Shown: positions 45,629 to 57,691 of the stretch, one piece after another
Numbering within the stretch: position 1 is the first letter of the stretch
Layout: every line of letters begins with the position of its first letter
Assembly: GCA_963555985.3 (NCBI GenBank)
Contig: OY820591.1
Coordinates: 1,376,001 to 1,440,000 of the forward strand
Source: Dehalococcoidia bacterium
Lineage (GTDB): Bacteria > Chloroflexota > Dehalococcoidia > Bin125
DNA length: 64,000 nt
Direction of reading: 5' to 3'
The notes under the pieces: generated by a model
What the model was told of the DNA's origin: nothing
The model's input: the letters and a program-made list of their open reading frames with translations, nothing else
The model's database searches: none
Position numbers and translations under genes: made by a program

Positions 45629-45814
45629 GTCACTCCCGCGAGCACGCTGTCATTCCTGAGAAGGCGGGGGAATCTCGAACCACCAACCTCCAACGACACC
45701 GCCCCAAAAGCACTCCCCATCTCCACCACTCCCCAGTTCCCCGCGAACGCGGGGACCCGCTCCTCTCTCCCCCCGTTTGCGGGGGGAGATGTCACAAAGT
45801 GACAGAGGGGGGTC
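45629..45814. repeat. Cluster of REP-like elements (degenerate family B copies plus family A copy 2)
   Basis: GTCACTCCCGCG (45629), GTCATTCC..GGAATCTC (45649-45676), TCCCCGCG-AA-CGCGGGGA (45738-45755), family A copy at 45763-45814. Confidence 0.75.
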
Positions 45815-45832
45815 CCCACCCATCACTCAAAT

Positions 45833-45861
45833 CAGCTACCCTGACACAGAACACCAGTACT
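45833..45861 (+). promoter_or_regulatory. -10 box (TACCCT) followed by a LexA/SOS-like box
   Basis: CAGC-TACCCT-GACACA-GAACACCAGTAC, the same layout as 16862-16889 on the minus strand. Confidence 0.5.
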
Positions 45862-45879
45862 TGCACTAAGAGAGTGCCG

Positions 45880-46170
45880 ATGCCCAAGCCTCCCAACTGT
45901 CCAACACGCCCGCAAGCGCTCCGGCTACACGCGAACAAGTGCCCGAACCCATCCGGATTTGTCAAGAGAAATCTGGAGATTTCCGAATGCGCAAAATCAC
46001 AATTCCCTGTCCAGGACGGCAAAATCGATCACCACTCGCCAAAATTTCCTCCGCTGAATTCGAACATAACGATCAAACGCTCGATCTCGAACACCCCGCA
46101 CAACACGCGACAAGACCGCTCCATTTCGTCCCAGATATCGCCCAGGCCCGAACGGAATGAAACAAAATGA
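45880..46170 (+). other. Doubtful orphan ORF (96 aa) or degenerate remnant
   Basis: ATG after the purine-rich AAGAGAG downstream of the SOS-like box; no recognisable domain; codon usage unlike host genes; stops inside the tandem repeat. Confidence 0.3.
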
Positions 46171-46196
46171 AACAAAATGAAACAAGGTGAAACAGA
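46157..46196 (+). repeat. Four 10-bp tandem units with TGAAACA core
   Basis: ATGAAACAAA ATGAAACAAA ATGAAACAAG GTGAAACAGA. Confidence 0.9.
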
Positions 46197-46365
46197 ATCG
46201 AACGCCATTCACGCGAATTCCCCGTCCATAGCGGCGCATTCACTTCCTCCGCCCAGAAATTCCCTCTCGCCCGAACAGTCCAACCGGGCGCGGCAGGAGG
46301 GGCTGTTAGTCTGCGGGCGTGTTCTTGCGCCGTCCGCATACGGCGTCTGAGGGTATGTGCGCTCA

Positions 46366-47205
46366 ATGACCACCACGGTATTTCCGTCTCACGAACGAAT
46401 CCGCAGCCAGGCCGCGTCCGCTCACCCCCTGCGCCTGCTGCATACCTCGGATGTGCATCTGGGGGCCTACACCTCCAACCCCTTCAAGCTGCGGCCCGAC
46501 GGCGGCGAGGAACTTGAGCCGGCGCTCAAGGCGTTCCAGCACGTGCTCGATCTGGGGCGCGAGGCAGACGTGGATGTCGTGATCATCGCAGGCGACTTCT
46601 TTGACCACGTGCGCGTCAAGCGACCGTATGTCGAGGCGACCTGTCAGCTGATGGAGGCCGTGGAGCGTCCGGTCGTGATTCTGCCCGGCAACCACGATCC
46701 GCACATGCCGGAGGGCATCTATCAAAAGTTCGCCGATGCATTCCCCGCCAACGTTCACGTGATCTCGTCCGCAGAGGGCGAGTTGGTGGTGCTGGATGAA
46801 GTTGGCGTCCAGGTCTGGGGCCAGGCCCACGAGAGCTACAACGACTTCCGCCCGGCCTCGGCCCGGCCTGCTTGGATTGCGCACGGCGGTCGCCACTGGT
46901 GGCGGATCGCGATGGCGCACGGCTACTACGTGGGCACGGGTGAGTCGCGCTACTCCTACCAGATGACGGCGGACGAGATTCAGGCGCTCGACGCCGACTA
47001 CGTGGCGCTGGGACACATCGATGTGCACGAAGGCGTCGGCGACGGTTCGATACCCGCCTACTACCCTGGCGCGCCGCGTCACTCAGGCGGCGCGACGATC
47101 GTGGAATTCTCCGCAGAGAGCGTCACCGTGCGACACGAATTGCACGAAGGCGCGGGCATGGATCCGCAGACGGCCGTGCCAATGATGGCGGCGCGTCTGC
47201 ACTAG
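46366..47205 (+). CDS. Metallophosphoesterase, SbcD/Mre11-like
   Basis: LLHTSDVHLG, IIAGDFFD, LPGNHD, AMAHG, YVALGH, YYPGAP. Confidence 0.88.
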   Translation: MTTTVFPSHERIRSQAASAHPLRLLHTSDVHLGAYTSNPFKLRPDGGEELEPALKAFQHVLDLGREADVDVVIIAGDFFDHVRVKRPYVEATCQLMEAVERPVVILPGNHDPHMPEGIYQKFADAFPANVHVISSAEGELVVLDEVGVQVWGQAHESYNDFRPASARPAWIAHGGRHWWRIAMAHGYYVGTGESRYSYQMTADEIQALDADYVALGHIDVHEGVGDGSIPAYYPGAPRHSGGATIVEFSAESVTVRHELHEGAGMDPQTAVPMMAARLH

Positions 47206-47236
47206 CTGATCAACCCGGTCTTGGAGAGGATGCGCC

Positions 47237-48226
47237 GTGGGCTATCGAGCGTTTGTGGTCAACAAGGACGGCGACGACTTCACCGCGTCGGTGCAGACGC
47301 TGGACGAATCGTCGCTGCCCGAAGGCGATGTCACCGTCGCCGTGGAGTGGTCGGACCTGAACTACAAGGACGGTCTCGCTTGCACGCCGAACGGCCGAGT
47401 CGTGTTCAAGTACCCGATGACGATTGGCATCGACTTCGCAGGCACGGTCGTAGAGTCGTCCGATTCGCGTTACTCGGAGGGCGATCCGGTCGTGGCCACC
47501 GGCTATGACCTCGGTACCGCGCACCCCGGCGGCTACGCGGAGCGAGTGCGCGTGCCCGCCGACTGGCTGGCGCCGCTGCCGGACGGCATGACCTCCGAAG
47601 AAGCGATGACGCTCGGTACGGCGGGGATCACGGCCGCGATGTCGGTCGACGTGATCGAGAAGGGCGGGGTCGCTCCCGATGCGGGTCCGGTGATCGTGAC
47701 CGGCGCGACGGGCGGTGTCGGTTCAACCGCCGTGGCGATGTTGGCCGCTCGCGGTTACACCGTTCACGCGAGCACGGGGAAATCCGCCGAGCACGATTTC
47801 CTGCGTGAGTTGGGCGCATCCGAGATCCTCGACCGCGAAGAACTGGCCGCAGAGTCGCGGCGGCCAATCGAGCGCGAACGCTGGGCGGCTGCGATCGATC
47901 CGGTTGGAGGATCCACAACCGCATCGATCCTGCGCCAGACCAAGTACGGCGGTGTCGTGGCGCTGTCGGGGCTGACCGGCGGCGTGGGCGTGAGCACCAA
48001 CGTGATGCCGTTCATCCTGCGCGGTGTCTCGCTGGTCGGGATTGAGTCCGTCTTCTGGCCGGGCGACGACCGGCCCCGATTGTGGGCGCGGATGGCGGAA
48101 GACTTCAGCGACCGCGACTTGCTCGATCTAGTAGAAGCGCGGATCGGGCTTGAGGATGTGCCAGAAGCGGCTGCGAAAATTCTCGCCGGCGGCGTTCGCG
48201 GACGCATTCTCGTTCGCCCGTCGTAA
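47237..48226 (+). CDS. AcuI/YhdH-family NADPH oxidoreductase (putative acryloyl-CoA reductase)
   Basis: LNYKDGLA, GIDFAGTV, GTAGITA, VTGATGGVGS, PFILRGVSLVGI. Confidence 0.9.
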   Translation: MGYRAFVVNKDGDDFTASVQTLDESSLPEGDVTVAVEWSDLNYKDGLACTPNGRVVFKYPMTIGIDFAGTVVESSDSRYSEGDPVVATGYDLGTAHPGGYAERVRVPADWLAPLPDGMTSEEAMTLGTAGITAAMSVDVIEKGGVAPDAGPVIVTGATGGVGSTAVAMLAARGYTVHASTGKSAEHDFLRELGASEILDREELAAESRRPIERERWAAAIDPVGGSTTASILRQTKYGGVVALSGLTGGVGVSTNVMPFILRGVSLVGIESVFWPGDDRPRLWARMAEDFSDRDLLDLVEARIGLEDVPEAAAKILAGGVRGRILVRPS

Positions 48227-48250
48227 TCGTTTCAACCCTGGAGGCATGAC

Positions 48251-49171
48251 ATGCAGATCGGGATCTTCATCGGCGGCGCGGGTCCGGCGCCAAGCGTGCA
48301 GAGCATCGTTGAGCAGGCCCAGCGAGCCGAAGCGGCCGGCTTCTCGACGTTCGGTATGGCCAACATCTTCTCGCACGACGCGATGGGCGCATTGACGCTC
48401 GCGGCGGCGCAGACCGAGCGGATCGAGCTGATGACAGCGGTAGTGCCGACCTATCCCCGCCATCCCCACGCGATGGCCCAGCAGGCGCTGACCGTGCAGG
48501 CGGCGTCCGGTGGTTCTCGCTTCGTGATGGGCATCGGGCTCTCGCACAAGATCGTGATCGAGGGCATGTTCGGTTACTCCTTCGACCGCCCCGCGCGTCA
48601 TATGAAGGAATACCTCGACGTCCTGCTCCCATTGTTGAACGGCGAGCCAGTCAAGACGGACGGCGAGCACTATCGCGGCGCGGTCAGCCTCGATGTGCCC
48701 GATGCCGAGAAGCCCGTTTCCTGCATGTTGGCCGCGATGGGCCCGGCGATGCTTCGCTTGGCCGGCGCCCGCACAGACGGCACCATCCTCTGGATGACCG
48801 CCGCCGGCGTGGTCGAGTCCTACATCGCGCCGACGATCAACGCTGCTGCGGACGAAGCAGGGCGACCGCATCCGCGCATCGTGGTTGGCTTGCCGATCAT
48901 GCTGAGTTCAGATGTGGACGCGGCTCGCGCGACAGCTGCAGAACAGTTCGCCAACTATGAGCAGCTGCCGTCGTATCGCTCGATGCTGGACAAGCAAGGC
49001 GCGGCCCATCCCGAAGATGTGGCCGTCCTCGGCACCGAGGAGCAGATCGAGACGCAACTGCGCCAACTCCAGGAAGCCGGCACCACCGACTTTGTCGGAG
49101 TCGTCTTCGGCTCCGAGAACGAGCGCGCACGGACGGAAGAGTTCCTCGGCTCGCTCGCCCCGACGCTCTAG
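48251..49171 (+). CDS. LLM-class F420-dependent oxidoreductase (MSMEG_4879-like)
   Basis: TAVVPTYPRHPHAMAQQALT, GIGLSH, AAMGPAMLRLAG, DGTILWM. Confidence 0.92.
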   Translation: MQIGIFIGGAGPAPSVQSIVEQAQRAEAAGFSTFGMANIFSHDAMGALTLAAAQTERIELMTAVVPTYPRHPHAMAQQALTVQAASGGSRFVMGIGLSHKIVIEGMFGYSFDRPARHMKEYLDVLLPLLNGEPVKTDGEHYRGAVSLDVPDAEKPVSCMLAAMGPAMLRLAGARTDGTILWMTAAGVVESYIAPTINAAADEAGRPHPRIVVGLPIMLSSDVDAARATAAEQFANYEQLPSYRSMLDKQGAAHPEDVAVLGTEEQIETQLRQLQEAGTTDFVGVVFGSENERARTEEFLGSLAPTL

Positions 49172-49187
49172 CCTCGTCGCGCCTCGC

Positions 49188-51332
<2,145 letters not shown>

Positions 51333-51370
51333 CGTTCTGGCTCCCTGTTGCACGGTCGCAAGCTGGTGGA

Positions 51371-53245
51371 TCAGGATGCGGCTGTTCTGGGGTTGTCGGA
51401 AGGCGGAGTTCGCTGATAGAGGCTGAGAGCTTCGTCGCGGGTGCGCAAGGCTACCTGAGCGGCTGCAGCGACTTCAGGCGAGGCCTCATTTGAATCGTCG
51501 TCGCCCCGGTTGAGAGCGTCGGCAGCGAGCGCGATCTGCGAGCGGTCGAGCTCGCGTTCGAGTTCGCCGAGTTGCTGTCCGCTGAGACGCAGGCCTTCGC
51601 GCGTGCGACGCCGGCGAATGCGTTCGAGCGCTTCGCTCACGGCGGTGACGGCCTCGGAATCCGTGTACGGCGGCAAGCGCCGACCGGCAAGGCGGAGTTC
51701 TTCGCACCTCGCCTGTTCTTCAGGGGGGAGATTAGCAGCCAGCTTGGCCTCATCGGCATCGCAGTGCTCGATGGCGGCGGCGAGAATCTGCCGATCTTGT
51801 TGGTCATCGATTAGCAGCAGCGCCGATTCGTCGAGTGCTCGCGCAGCTGAGGGGTTCGAGAGGGCGAGTGTGAGGATGAAGGACTGCTGTTTGTCGCGTG
51901 GAGGAGGCGTGGAGCGTTCGCCCAATCGATCGGATTCGCTCCCGCCAGACGATGTATGACGAGCAACTTGTCCCGCCCTCCGCCGAGCCAGGAGTTGAGC
52001 GGCATCGAGACGCGCGTACGCGGCTGTGCGTCGGACGTAGCTGTCACGCAGGATTGGATCGCTGATGGCCAGTACGATTGGTACCAACTCACGGGCGAAG
52101 TTGGAACGTCCACGCGGCGTGTCAAGATCGTGTTCGTTGCGCGCCCGGTCAATCAGCCAGTCCACATAAGGCGGCGCGTCATTGACCAGCGATTGCCAGG
52201 TGTCGGGTTCCGACCGGATCAAATCGTCGGGGTCGCGCCCCTCCGGTAGCTCAATGACGCGGATGTCCGCGTCCATCCGATCCTGGTGGCTGACGGTCTC
52301 GATCCCACGGCGAGTCGCGGCTTGGCCGGCAGCGTCGGCGTCAAGTGCGAAGCGGACATCGTTGGTGAGCGGCTTCAGAAGCTGAACCTGTGCATCGGTC
52401 AGCGCGGTTCCCATCGATGCCACTGTATTCGGCGAGCCATGCATATGTGCGCTGATCACGTCGGTGTAACCCTCGACGACGATGACTGAGCCACGTTCGC
52501 GGATGTGCTGGCGGGCGAGATCGAGGCCGTAGAGGAGGCTGCGTTTCTTGAATAAGTCGGACTCGGGCGTGTTGATGTACTTGGCTGGCTCGTCAATGAG
52601 GGTGCGTCCGCCGAACCCGACTACTTCTCCGCGTGCGTTGCGAATCGGGAAGATCAGGCGGTCGCGGAACCGATCACGAGGGCCGTGCTCTGTGACGACG
52701 ATCAGGCCCGCAGCTTCGAGAGAATCGGAGCGGTGGCCTCTTGCGGTGAGGTGGTGTACGAGCGCATCGTGGTCCGCCCCGGCGTATCCGAGCGAGAAGC
52801 GCTGAATCGCTTCTTGCGAAATGCCGCGCGCAGTGAGGTATTCGCGCGCCTTCGCGCCCGCTGTTTCGTCTGCGAGCTGGTCGGCCCAGAATCGGAGCGC
52901 AGCTTCGTTCGCGCGCATGAGCTGTTGGCGTTGATCATCGCGCTCTCGTTGGCGGCTGTCGGGCGCTGACAGGGGGACGCCAGCTCGTTGCGCCAACCGA
53001 TGCAAAGCCTCGCGAAACTCGACGGCCTCCCGCTTCATCACCCAACTGAACGCATCGCCGCCCTCGCTGCACTGTCCAAAGCAGCGCCAAGTCTGGCGGT
53101 CGGGATCGACGATGAAGGAGGGCGTGTTCTCTTGGTGGAAAGGGCAACGGGCCTTGAAGGTGCGACCGCTGCGCTGAAGCGCGACCTGTTCGGCAACGAG
53201 ATCGACGATGTCGATCCTTGCCTTGACTTCATCGGCTATGGACAC
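51371..53245 (-). CDS. dnaG: DNA primase
   Basis: [11 protein letters not shown]...CFGQC zinc finger, [31 protein letters not shown]; start 53245 (GTG) or 53272. Confidence 0.97.
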   Translation of the reverse strand: MSIADEVKARIDIVDLVAEQVALQRSGRTFKARCPFHQENTPSFIVDPDRQTWRCFGQCSEGGDAFSWVMKREAVEFREALHRLAQRAGVPLSAPDSRQRERDDQRQQLMRANEAALRFWADQLADETAGAKAREYLTARGISQEAIQRFSLGYAGADHDALVHHLTARGHRSDSLEAAGLIVVTEHGPRDRFRDRLIFPIRNARGEVVGFGGRTLIDEPAKYINTPESDLFKKRSLLYGLDLARQHIRERGSVIVVEGYTDVISAHMHGSPNTVASMGTALTDAQVQLLKPLTNDVRFALDADAAGQAATRRGIETVSHQDRMDADIRVIELPEGRDPDDLIRSEPDTWQSLVNDAPPYVDWLIDRARNEHDLDTPRGRSNFARELVPIVLAISDPILRDSYVRRTAAYARLDAAQLLARRRAGQVARHTSSGGSESDRLGERSTPPPRDKQQSFILTLALSNPSAARALDESALLLIDDQQDRQILAAAIEHCDADEAKLAANLPPEEQARCEELRLAGRRLPPYTDSEAVTAVSEALERIRRRRTREGLRLSGQQLGELERELDRSQIALAADALNRGDDDSNEASPEVAAAAQVALRTRDEALSLYQRTPPSDNPRTAAS

Positions 53246-53389
53246 GGCGATGGCCAAGAGCGATGCGCGCATTGCGCCACTTGTAGCACGGTCGGCATAG
53301 AGGAACTGTATGCAGTTGGGGCGAATAATTCAAGCCAACGAGCTACCGACGCCGGGCGAACTGGGCTGGGCGGCGACGCGATGCAGCCG

Positions 53390-55357
53390 TCACTGACTCG
53401 CATCGACGGTCAGGCGATTGTTGCCTTCGTCGGATTCGCCGAGCGAATCGTCAGGGTCGAGCACGAGCGTACGCGGGCCATCGTGAGGCTGATTGCTGAC
53501 CAAGATCTCCGCGCCTCCGGGAGGCAGCGGCTGCGCGTTCGGCGCGCGTGAGATTCGTTCAATCTCCACTCCATTCGGGCCAACCAGTGCGACTTCGATT
53601 TGGTCGGCGGCGCCGTTGCCCTGGTTGACGATCGTGATCAGCGCGTAGCCCTCGTGATTGAAGACGACCTCGTGGAATGCGAGGTCGGGGAGCTGTTGCG
53701 GTCCCTGCGTTTCTTGCTGCTCAACCTCCAGCTCGTCTTCCGTCGTCTCTTGCTCCGCCTGTTGTTCCTCCTGCGCCTGTTCTTCCTCTTCAGTTTCTGG
53801 CGTTGGGGCGCGAAGCGTGACCTGCAACGTGTTGTTGCTCGTGTCGTCGTCGATCGTCGATTCGAGCACGACGAGTGCACTGACGTCGCGATCGATTGTG
53901 AAGTCGAGGGGAATGTTCGCCGACTCTTCCGAACCGAGCGAGAGCGTGATTCGCGCCTCGTCGAGCACCGCGCCATCGTGCGAGTCAATCAAGCTGAGTT
54001 GGATGCGGGCTTGTTCGACTGATACAGCGCTGAGATTGGCGACCGTGACGTTGATGCGCTCTGCATCCGGCTCCGGCTGTCGAGCATTGATCAGAGCAAG
54101 ATCGATGTTGTCTTCTTCCTCGCCTTCATCGTCCTCGGATTCATCGTCAGCTGAATCAGCACTCTCTTCGTCGTCTTCTTGTTGCTCACTGCCGTCCGCA
54201 ATCGCCGAAATGGTGATTCGGTGATCGAAACGACGCTCATCAGCGGCAAATGCCACGAGTTGGAGTTCGTATCGTCCTGACGCGGTGAGCCAGCGCTCGA
54301 GCCCGCTAATGGTCTCGCGGTATTCGCCACTGGCCGGCAGGCTGTCAGCGGCGGAGAAGATCAGCACGGATGAGCCTAACGATCCATCGGCGGCCACTGG
54401 CGTCACGTACAAAAGGACGCTCGCCAATGGACCGGTATTCCTGATGAGCACTTCAACGTCGATTGCGAGGTCAGGCGTGAGCCGGTAGTCGTCGCCGTCG
54501 GCAGGGCTGGCGATCAGCGCGACGGCCTCGCTGGTTGAGGCGTCGGTGTTGGTCCCGCTATCTCTAACGGTGGCCGCGTTGTCGTCCTCTCCCGCTGGCG
54601 CGCTGTCGGCCTGGGCAGTCGCAGCGCCGGGAACGGAGCCAGCCGGCAGGATGTTGATTTGCAACGTCCTCGACTCAGTGCGGCCGGCCGCGTCGACGAC
54701 GCGGAACACGACCTCCACTGCGCCGATCGGTTCCGGATCCGGGGTGAAGTCTATTGACACGACATAAGCGCCATCATCACCGAGTGTCGGAGACACCGCA
54801 GCCCTGAGTTGGCCGTTGACTTCGATCTCAAAGCGAGCAATCGCCTGCGCACCGCTCGCGCGCAGCACAATGCGCACGGTCTCGCCGACGATCAGTTGTT
54901 GATTCGGCGCGAGGCCGAGCACCTCGAGCTGCAGCGCAGCTGCGATGCGGGCATCGTCGTCTGTGACTTCGACCCTGATTTCCTGCACTGCCATGCGGCC
55001 CTGTTCATCGACAGCAACGATGCGGAGATCGGCGAAACCAAGGCGTTGCGGGGTCCAGATCAGCGATCCGATGTACTTGCCGCGGTCGGCAGAGTAGACA
55101 GGAATCGCTTCGGCAATGAGTTCCTCGTCCACTGAGAGCTTGAGGCTTGTGATCGGTGTGCCGGAGGCGACGCTGACGGTGATGTTCTGCGGCTCGCCGA
55201 GCAGAATCAATGCGCCATCCTCGATTGAAACAACGACTGCCGGAGCATCGCCGTCATCACCGCCGAGCAGGCCCAGGCGGTAAATGATGATGCTGGCGGC
55301 GCCGATGATCGCGGCGATAATGATGAGAATGGCGATGGACCCGAAGCGGCTGCCCAT
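53390..55357 (-). CDS. Membrane-anchored surface protein with Ig-like and CARDB-like beta-sandwich repeats
   Basis: N-terminal TM; repeated W.P...G...LRIVAVD..GR beta modules; C-terminal PDLAF...I.NQG...DPDD...ESDEGNN CARDB-like pattern; acidic linkers. Confidence 0.7.
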   Translation of the reverse strand: MGSRFGSIAILIIIAAIIGAASIIIYRLGLLGGDDGDAPAVVVSIEDGALILLGEPQNITVSVASGTPITSLKLSVDEELIAEAIPVYSADRGKYIGSLIWTPQRLGFADLRIVAVDEQGRMAVQEIRVEVTDDDARIAAALQLEVLGLAPNQQLIVGETVRIVLRASGAQAIARFEIEVNGQLRAAVSPTLGDDGAYVVSIDFTPDPEPIGAVEVVFRVVDAAGRTESRTLQINILPAGSVPGAATAQADSAPAGEDDNAATVRDSGTNTDASTSEAVALIASPADGDDYRLTPDLAIDVEVLIRNTGPLASVLLYVTPVAADGSLGSSVLIFSAADSLPASGEYRETISGLERWLTASGRYELQLVAFAADERRFDHRITISAIADGSEQQEDDEESADSADDESEDDEGEEEDNIDLALINARQPEPDAERINVTVANLSAVSVEQARIQLSLIDSHDGAVLDEARITLSLGSEESANIPLDFTIDRDVSALVVLESTIDDDTSNNTLQVTLRAPTPETEEEEQAQEEQQAEQETTEDELEVEQQETQGPQQLPDLAFHEVVFNHEGYALITIVNQGNGAADQIEVALVGPNGVEIERISRAPNAQPLPPGGAEILVSNQPHDGPRTLVLDPDDSLGESDEGNNRLTVDASQ

Positions 55358-55408
55358 GCATCCCCCTCGGCCGGAGTGTGTTCGCCGCCTCGGCGATGAA
55401 CCAGAGGA

Positions 55409-57691
55409 TCAGCCGAGGATTCGAGCTTCGGCCTCGGCGACCAGACGGCGGGTGCGTTCGATCACATCCGGCGTAACTGAGATCGAAGTGATGCCCCACT
55501 CCACTAAACGCTCAGCAAGGTCGGGATGTTCCGATGGTCCCTGACCGCACACGGAAACGGTAATGCCGCGCCGCCGCGCGGTGGCGATCACGTGCTCAAT
55601 CGCGCGCATGACGGCGGGGTTTCGCTCGTCGAATGTGTCAGCAAATCGCTCCGAGTCGCGGTCGATTCCAAGCGTGAGTTGGGTGAGGTCGTTCGAGCCG
55701 ATCGAGACGCCGTCGATCCCGCAATCGATGAATTCGTCGAGCAGGAAGATGTTCGAGGGAACCTCGACCATCATCCAGAGTTGGAAGCCGTCCGGCGATT
55801 GGGCGTCGCGGACCAGCCCGTAGGCATCGATCTGTTGTACGACTTGTCGCATCTCGTCGGGTGTTCGCACAAACGGGATCATCAAGTGGAGGTTGGGGTG
55901 ATCGGCTCGGACTTGTTCGAGCGCGCGCAGTTCCAGCTCAAAGAGGTCGGGCTCGCGGATGTAGCGGGCCGCACCTCGGTATCCGATCATCGGATTCTCT
56001 TCTGTGGGTTCGTGGACATCCCCGCCCGTGAGGTTGGCGTACTCGTTGGTCTTGAAGTCGGTGGCTCGATAGACGACCGGGCGAGGGTCGAAGGCGGAGG
56101 CGATCTTGCGCATGCCCTCGCCCAAGCGGCGCACATACTCGTCTTCGCGCCCGGTATCGATGAAGTTCCGTGGATGCTCACCTAGGCGGGCGATGATGAA
56201 CTCCGCTCGCAGCAAGCCCACGCCATCGACATCTCGCTGTGCGACGCGATCGGCGATCTCGGGCTCAGCGAGATTGACATAGAGCTTGGTCTTGGTGGGG
56301 ATCGGGGCGTAGAGCTCTTCTTCACGGTCATGCCACCACGAGAGCAACTCGCTCTGCTCTCCCGCATAGACCTGTCCGCCGCCGCCGTCGACAGTGACGA
56401 TGGAACCAGGCTGGAGGCTGGTGGCTCCAAGCGCGCCAACGACACAGGGCACGCCAAGTTCGCGGCTGATGATGGCGGCGTGGCAAGTGCGGCCACCGCG
56501 TTCGGTGATGATTGCAGCGGCGCGTTTCATCGCCGGTACGAAGTCGGGTGTAGTCATCTCAGCGACGAGCACGTCTCCCTCGCTGACCTGCGCCGTTTCG
56601 GCCGGGTCAAAAATGATGCGGATTCTGCCGCTGCCTACCCCAGGCGACGCAGGCGAGCCGCTCAGGAGCGGTTGCTCAATCGGAGTCGGCGCAGGAATGT
56701 CCTGCGTTTCGCCCGGCGGAGTGACCGTTGTAATCGGACGGGTTTGGAGCAGGTAGAAATCCCCGTCGACCCAACCCCACTCAATGTCCTGGGGCGATCC
56801 GTAGTGCGACTCGATTCGCTTGCCGATCCGACTGAGTTCGACGACCTGGGCGTTCGTCAGCTTTGCGCGTCCGCCGTCGGTTTCGGAGAGCGTCTGCCAG
56901 GTGTTCAGGTTGTCGGAACCGTTCGGCGAGCGAACGAGCATGCGGTCCTGGACGAAGATCTGACGATCGATGATCGCCTCGGATTGCTTGTCCACCTCGA
57001 AGTGATCGGGCGAAACCATGCCGCCTACGACAGCTTCCCCCAGACCGAACGCGGCTTCGATCACAACTCGATTCGGGTCGTTGGAGATGGGATCGACGGT
57101 GAACATGACCCCTGACGATTGGGACTGCACCATTTGCTGCACAGGCACGGCTAGATCGACGTCCAAGTGGCCCCAGCCGGCCTGCTCGCGATAGAAGACG
57201 GCTCGGGCTTCGAACAGTGACGCCCAGCAGCGCTGGACTGCCTCAACCACTTCGACCGCTCCCTCTACATTGAGGAAGGTGGCCTGCTGTCCGGCGAAGG
57301 AGGCTTCGGCGAGGTCTTCGGCTGTGGCTGAGCTGCGGACGGCGACTGGCCCTTCGCCGAGATCGCGATATGACGCTGCGATCTCCTCTTGGATTGACGC
57401 GGGCATATCCGCCTGCTCGATCGCATGACGCACATCGGCCGCGACGCGGTTGAGTTGGGCGTCGTCGTTTACGTCAAGCCCAGTAAGCAGTTGACGCAAG
57501 ACTGCCAAGAGTCCGCTCTGTTGAATGAACTGTCGATAGGCCCGGGTGGTGACGATGAAGCCGGGCGGCACCGGGATATTGGCCTGGGTGAGTTCTCCAA
57601 GATTGGCGCCCTTGCCGCCGACGAGGGCGACGGCATTGCGGCCAACATCGGCGAACCAGACGATGTTCTGGGCTTCAGCGCTCATCGGCAT
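55409..57691 (-). CDS. ppsA: Phosphoenolpyruvate synthase
   Basis: VGGKGANLGEL, AVRSSATAED, GGRTCHAAI phospho-His, EENPMIGYRG, SIGSNDLTQL, CGQGPS. Confidence 0.95.
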   Translation of the reverse strand: MPMSAEAQNIVWFADVGRNAVALVGGKGANLGELTQANIPVPPGFIVTTRAYRQFIQQSGLLAVLRQLLTGLDVNDDAQLNRVAADVRHAIEQADMPASIQEEIAASYRDLGEGPVAVRSSATAEDLAEASFAGQQATFLNVEGAVEVVEAVQRCWASLFEARAVFYREQAGWGHLDVDLAVPVQQMVQSQSSGVMFTVDPISNDPNRVVIEAAFGLGEAVVGGMVSPDHFEVDKQSEAIIDRQIFVQDRMLVRSPNGSDNLNTWQTLSETDGGRAKLTNAQVVELSRIGKRIESHYGSPQDIEWGWVDGDFYLLQTRPITTVTPPGETQDIPAPTPIEQPLLSGSPASPGVGSGRIRIIFDPAETAQVSEGDVLVAEMTTPDFVPAMKRAAAIITERGGRTCHAAIISRELGVPCVVGALGATSLQPGSIVTVDGGGGQVYAGEQSELLSWWHDREEELYAPIPTKTKLYVNLAEPEIADRVAQRDVDGVGLLRAEFIIARLGEHPRNFIDTGREDEYVRRLGEGMRKIASAFDPRPVVYRATDFKTNEYANLTGGDVHEPTEENPMIGYRGAARYIREPDLFELELRALEQVRADHPNLHLMIPFVRTPDEMRQVVQQIDAYGLVRDAQSPDGFQLWMMVEVPSNIFLLDEFIDCGIDGVSIGSNDLTQLTLGIDRDSERFADTFDERNPAVMRAIEHVIATARRRGITVSVCGQGPSEHPDLAERLVEWGITSISVTPDVIERTRRLVAEAEARILG

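Noticed and set aside
45736-45759. GTTCCCCGCGAACGCGGGGACCCG resembles a type I-E CRISPR repeat
   Set aside because: Single copy with no regularly spaced repeats or cas genes; better explained as a variant of the local REP-like family B.
45997-46366. Minus-strand ORFs reading FCFILFH through the tandem repeat
   Set aside because: Translation artefacts of the 10-bp repeat; no SD or host-like codon usage.
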